Shown here: positions 62,946 through 64,000 of the stretch, piece after piece
Position numbering within the stretch: the first letter of the stretch is position 1
Layout of the letters: the number at the start of each line of letters is the position of its first letter
NCBI GenBank assembly: GCA_022447495.1
Contig: JAKVBH010000019.1
Coordinates: 5,114 to 69,113, forward strand
Reading direction: 5' to 3'
Source of the DNA: Marinovum sp.
Lineage (GTDB): Bacteria; Pseudomonadota; Alphaproteobacteria; Rhodobacterales; Rhodobacteraceae
DNA: 64,000 nt
The notes under the pieces: model-generated
Databases searched by the model: none
Seen by the model: only the letters and a program-made list of their open reading frames with translations
What the model was told of the DNA's origin: nothing
Program-made: the position numbers and the translations under genes

Positions 62946-64000
62946 ATGAACCTCAAATCAGCGCTATTGGGCGCCGCGGCTGCGGTGGCTCTGGCTCCGG
63001 CGGCATTTGCCGAACGTGGCAGCGACGGCCAAGTCAGCATCGTCTATTGGCAAGCTCCGTCGATTCTGAATCCCTTCCTGTCCGGCGGCACGAAAGACGT
63101 GGAATCAGCTTCCATGATCATTGAGCCCCTGGCGCGCTACAACGAAAAGGGTGAGCTTGTCCCATGGTTGGTTGACGAGATCCCCACAGTGGACAATGGC
63201 GGCGTCAGCGCGGACTTGACGTCCATCACGTGGAAAATCACGCCCGGTATTCTGTGGTCTGACGGCTCAGCTTTTACATCGGCGGACGTAAAATTCACCT
63301 ACGACTATTGCACCGATCCTGAAGGCGGCTGTGCCCAGGTGACGAAATTCGAAGGTGTTACCTCCGTTGAGACGCCAGACGACCTCACAGTCGTCGTGAC
63401 ATTTGGCGCGCCTCAACCAAACCCATATGGTCCATTTGTTGGCGGTGAGAGCCCAATCCTGCAAGCGGCTCAGTTCGCGGATTGCATGGGCGCTGCGGCG
63501 TCTACCTGCACCGAAGAGAACTTTGGCCCCATTGGCACTGGCCCCTTTGTTGTGACTGAGTTCCGTCCCAACGACGTTATCACCATGGCGGCCAACGAAA
63601 ACTACCGCGATCCTGCAAAGCCTGCCTTTGCGACCGTGCTCTTCAAAGGTGGCGGATCAGCAGAAGATTCGGGCCGCGCTGTGATGCAAACCGGCGAGTT
63701 TGACTATGGCTGGAACCTGCAGCTGGCACCCGACGTCATTGCAGAGATGGCCGAAGGCGGCAAAGGCACACCCATCGCTGGCTTTGGCCCGCTGGTGGAA
63801 CGCCTGATGCTAAACCAAACCAACCCATCGCCAGACCTCGCCGAAGGCGTGCGCGCCACTGTTGCGGAACCACACCCCTTCCTGCGTGAGCCTGCGGTTT
63901 ACAAAGCCATGTCCATGGCCATTGACCGTCCGCTTCTTGTGGAAGTGGGCTATGGCCAAGCCGGTAAAGTGACCTGTAACTGGGTTCCTGCACCTGAGGC
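62946..64000 (+). CDS. Peptide ABC transporter substrate-binding protein (family 5), 3'-truncated by window edge
   Basis: AAGGAGA then MNLKSALLGAAAAVALAPAAFA-ERG..., WSDGSAFTSADVKFT, PIGTGPF; missing from ORF track because no stop falls in the window. Confidence 0.92.
   Translation, partial: MNLKSALLGAAAAVALAPAAFAERGSDGQVSIVYWQAPSILNPFLSGGTKDVESASMIIEPLARYNEKGELVPWLVDEIPTVDNGGVSADLTSITWKITPGILWSDGSAFTSADVKFTYDYCTDPEGGCAQVTKFEGVTSVETPDDLTVVVTFGAPQPNPYGPFVGGESPILQAAQFADCMGAAASTCTEENFGPIGTGPFVVTEFRPNDVITMAANENYRDPAKPAFATVLFKGGGSAEDSGRAVMQTGEFDYGWNLQLAPDVIAEMAEGGKGTPIAGFGPLVERLMLNQTNPSPDLAEGVRATVAEPHPFLREPAVYKAMSMAIDRPLLVEVGYGQAGKVTCNWVPAPE

Overview
64-kb core-genome segment of a high-GC alphaproteobacterium whose gene order and protein sequences point to Rhodobacteraceae (Roseobacter-like). 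Left to right: partial SMR exporter, typA, tatABC plus a DUF815 AAA+ ATPase, a divergent YafY/WYL regulator, an orphan ABC ATPase, a stand-alone ArsM-type methyltransferase, AlkC-like glycosylase, LysE, SDR, a Hint/BIL protein, prfC, two GT2-like glycosyltransferases (one fused to an unrecognised domain), a DEAD-box helicase, the complete complex I operon nuoA-N running into birA-coaX-rnj with 12 interleaved non-nuo genes, a leucine-catabolism cluster lacking methylcrotonyl-CoA carboxylase, a TonB-dependent receptor with an iron-box-like palindrome, DegT aminotransferase, gph, glmU-glmS, AlkD-like glycosylase, moaA, another GT, and a peptide ABC/M20 peptidase locus. I found no rRNA, tRNA, CRISPR array, transposase or prophage. 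The best leads are the small exported Cys-containing proteins and the duplicated HhH-like module inside the nuo operon, the WYL operator facing tatABC, the GT fusion, a structured leader before the peptide-binding protein, several probable leaderless genes, and several decaying genes. All family calls come from motif recognition by eye; no database search was run.
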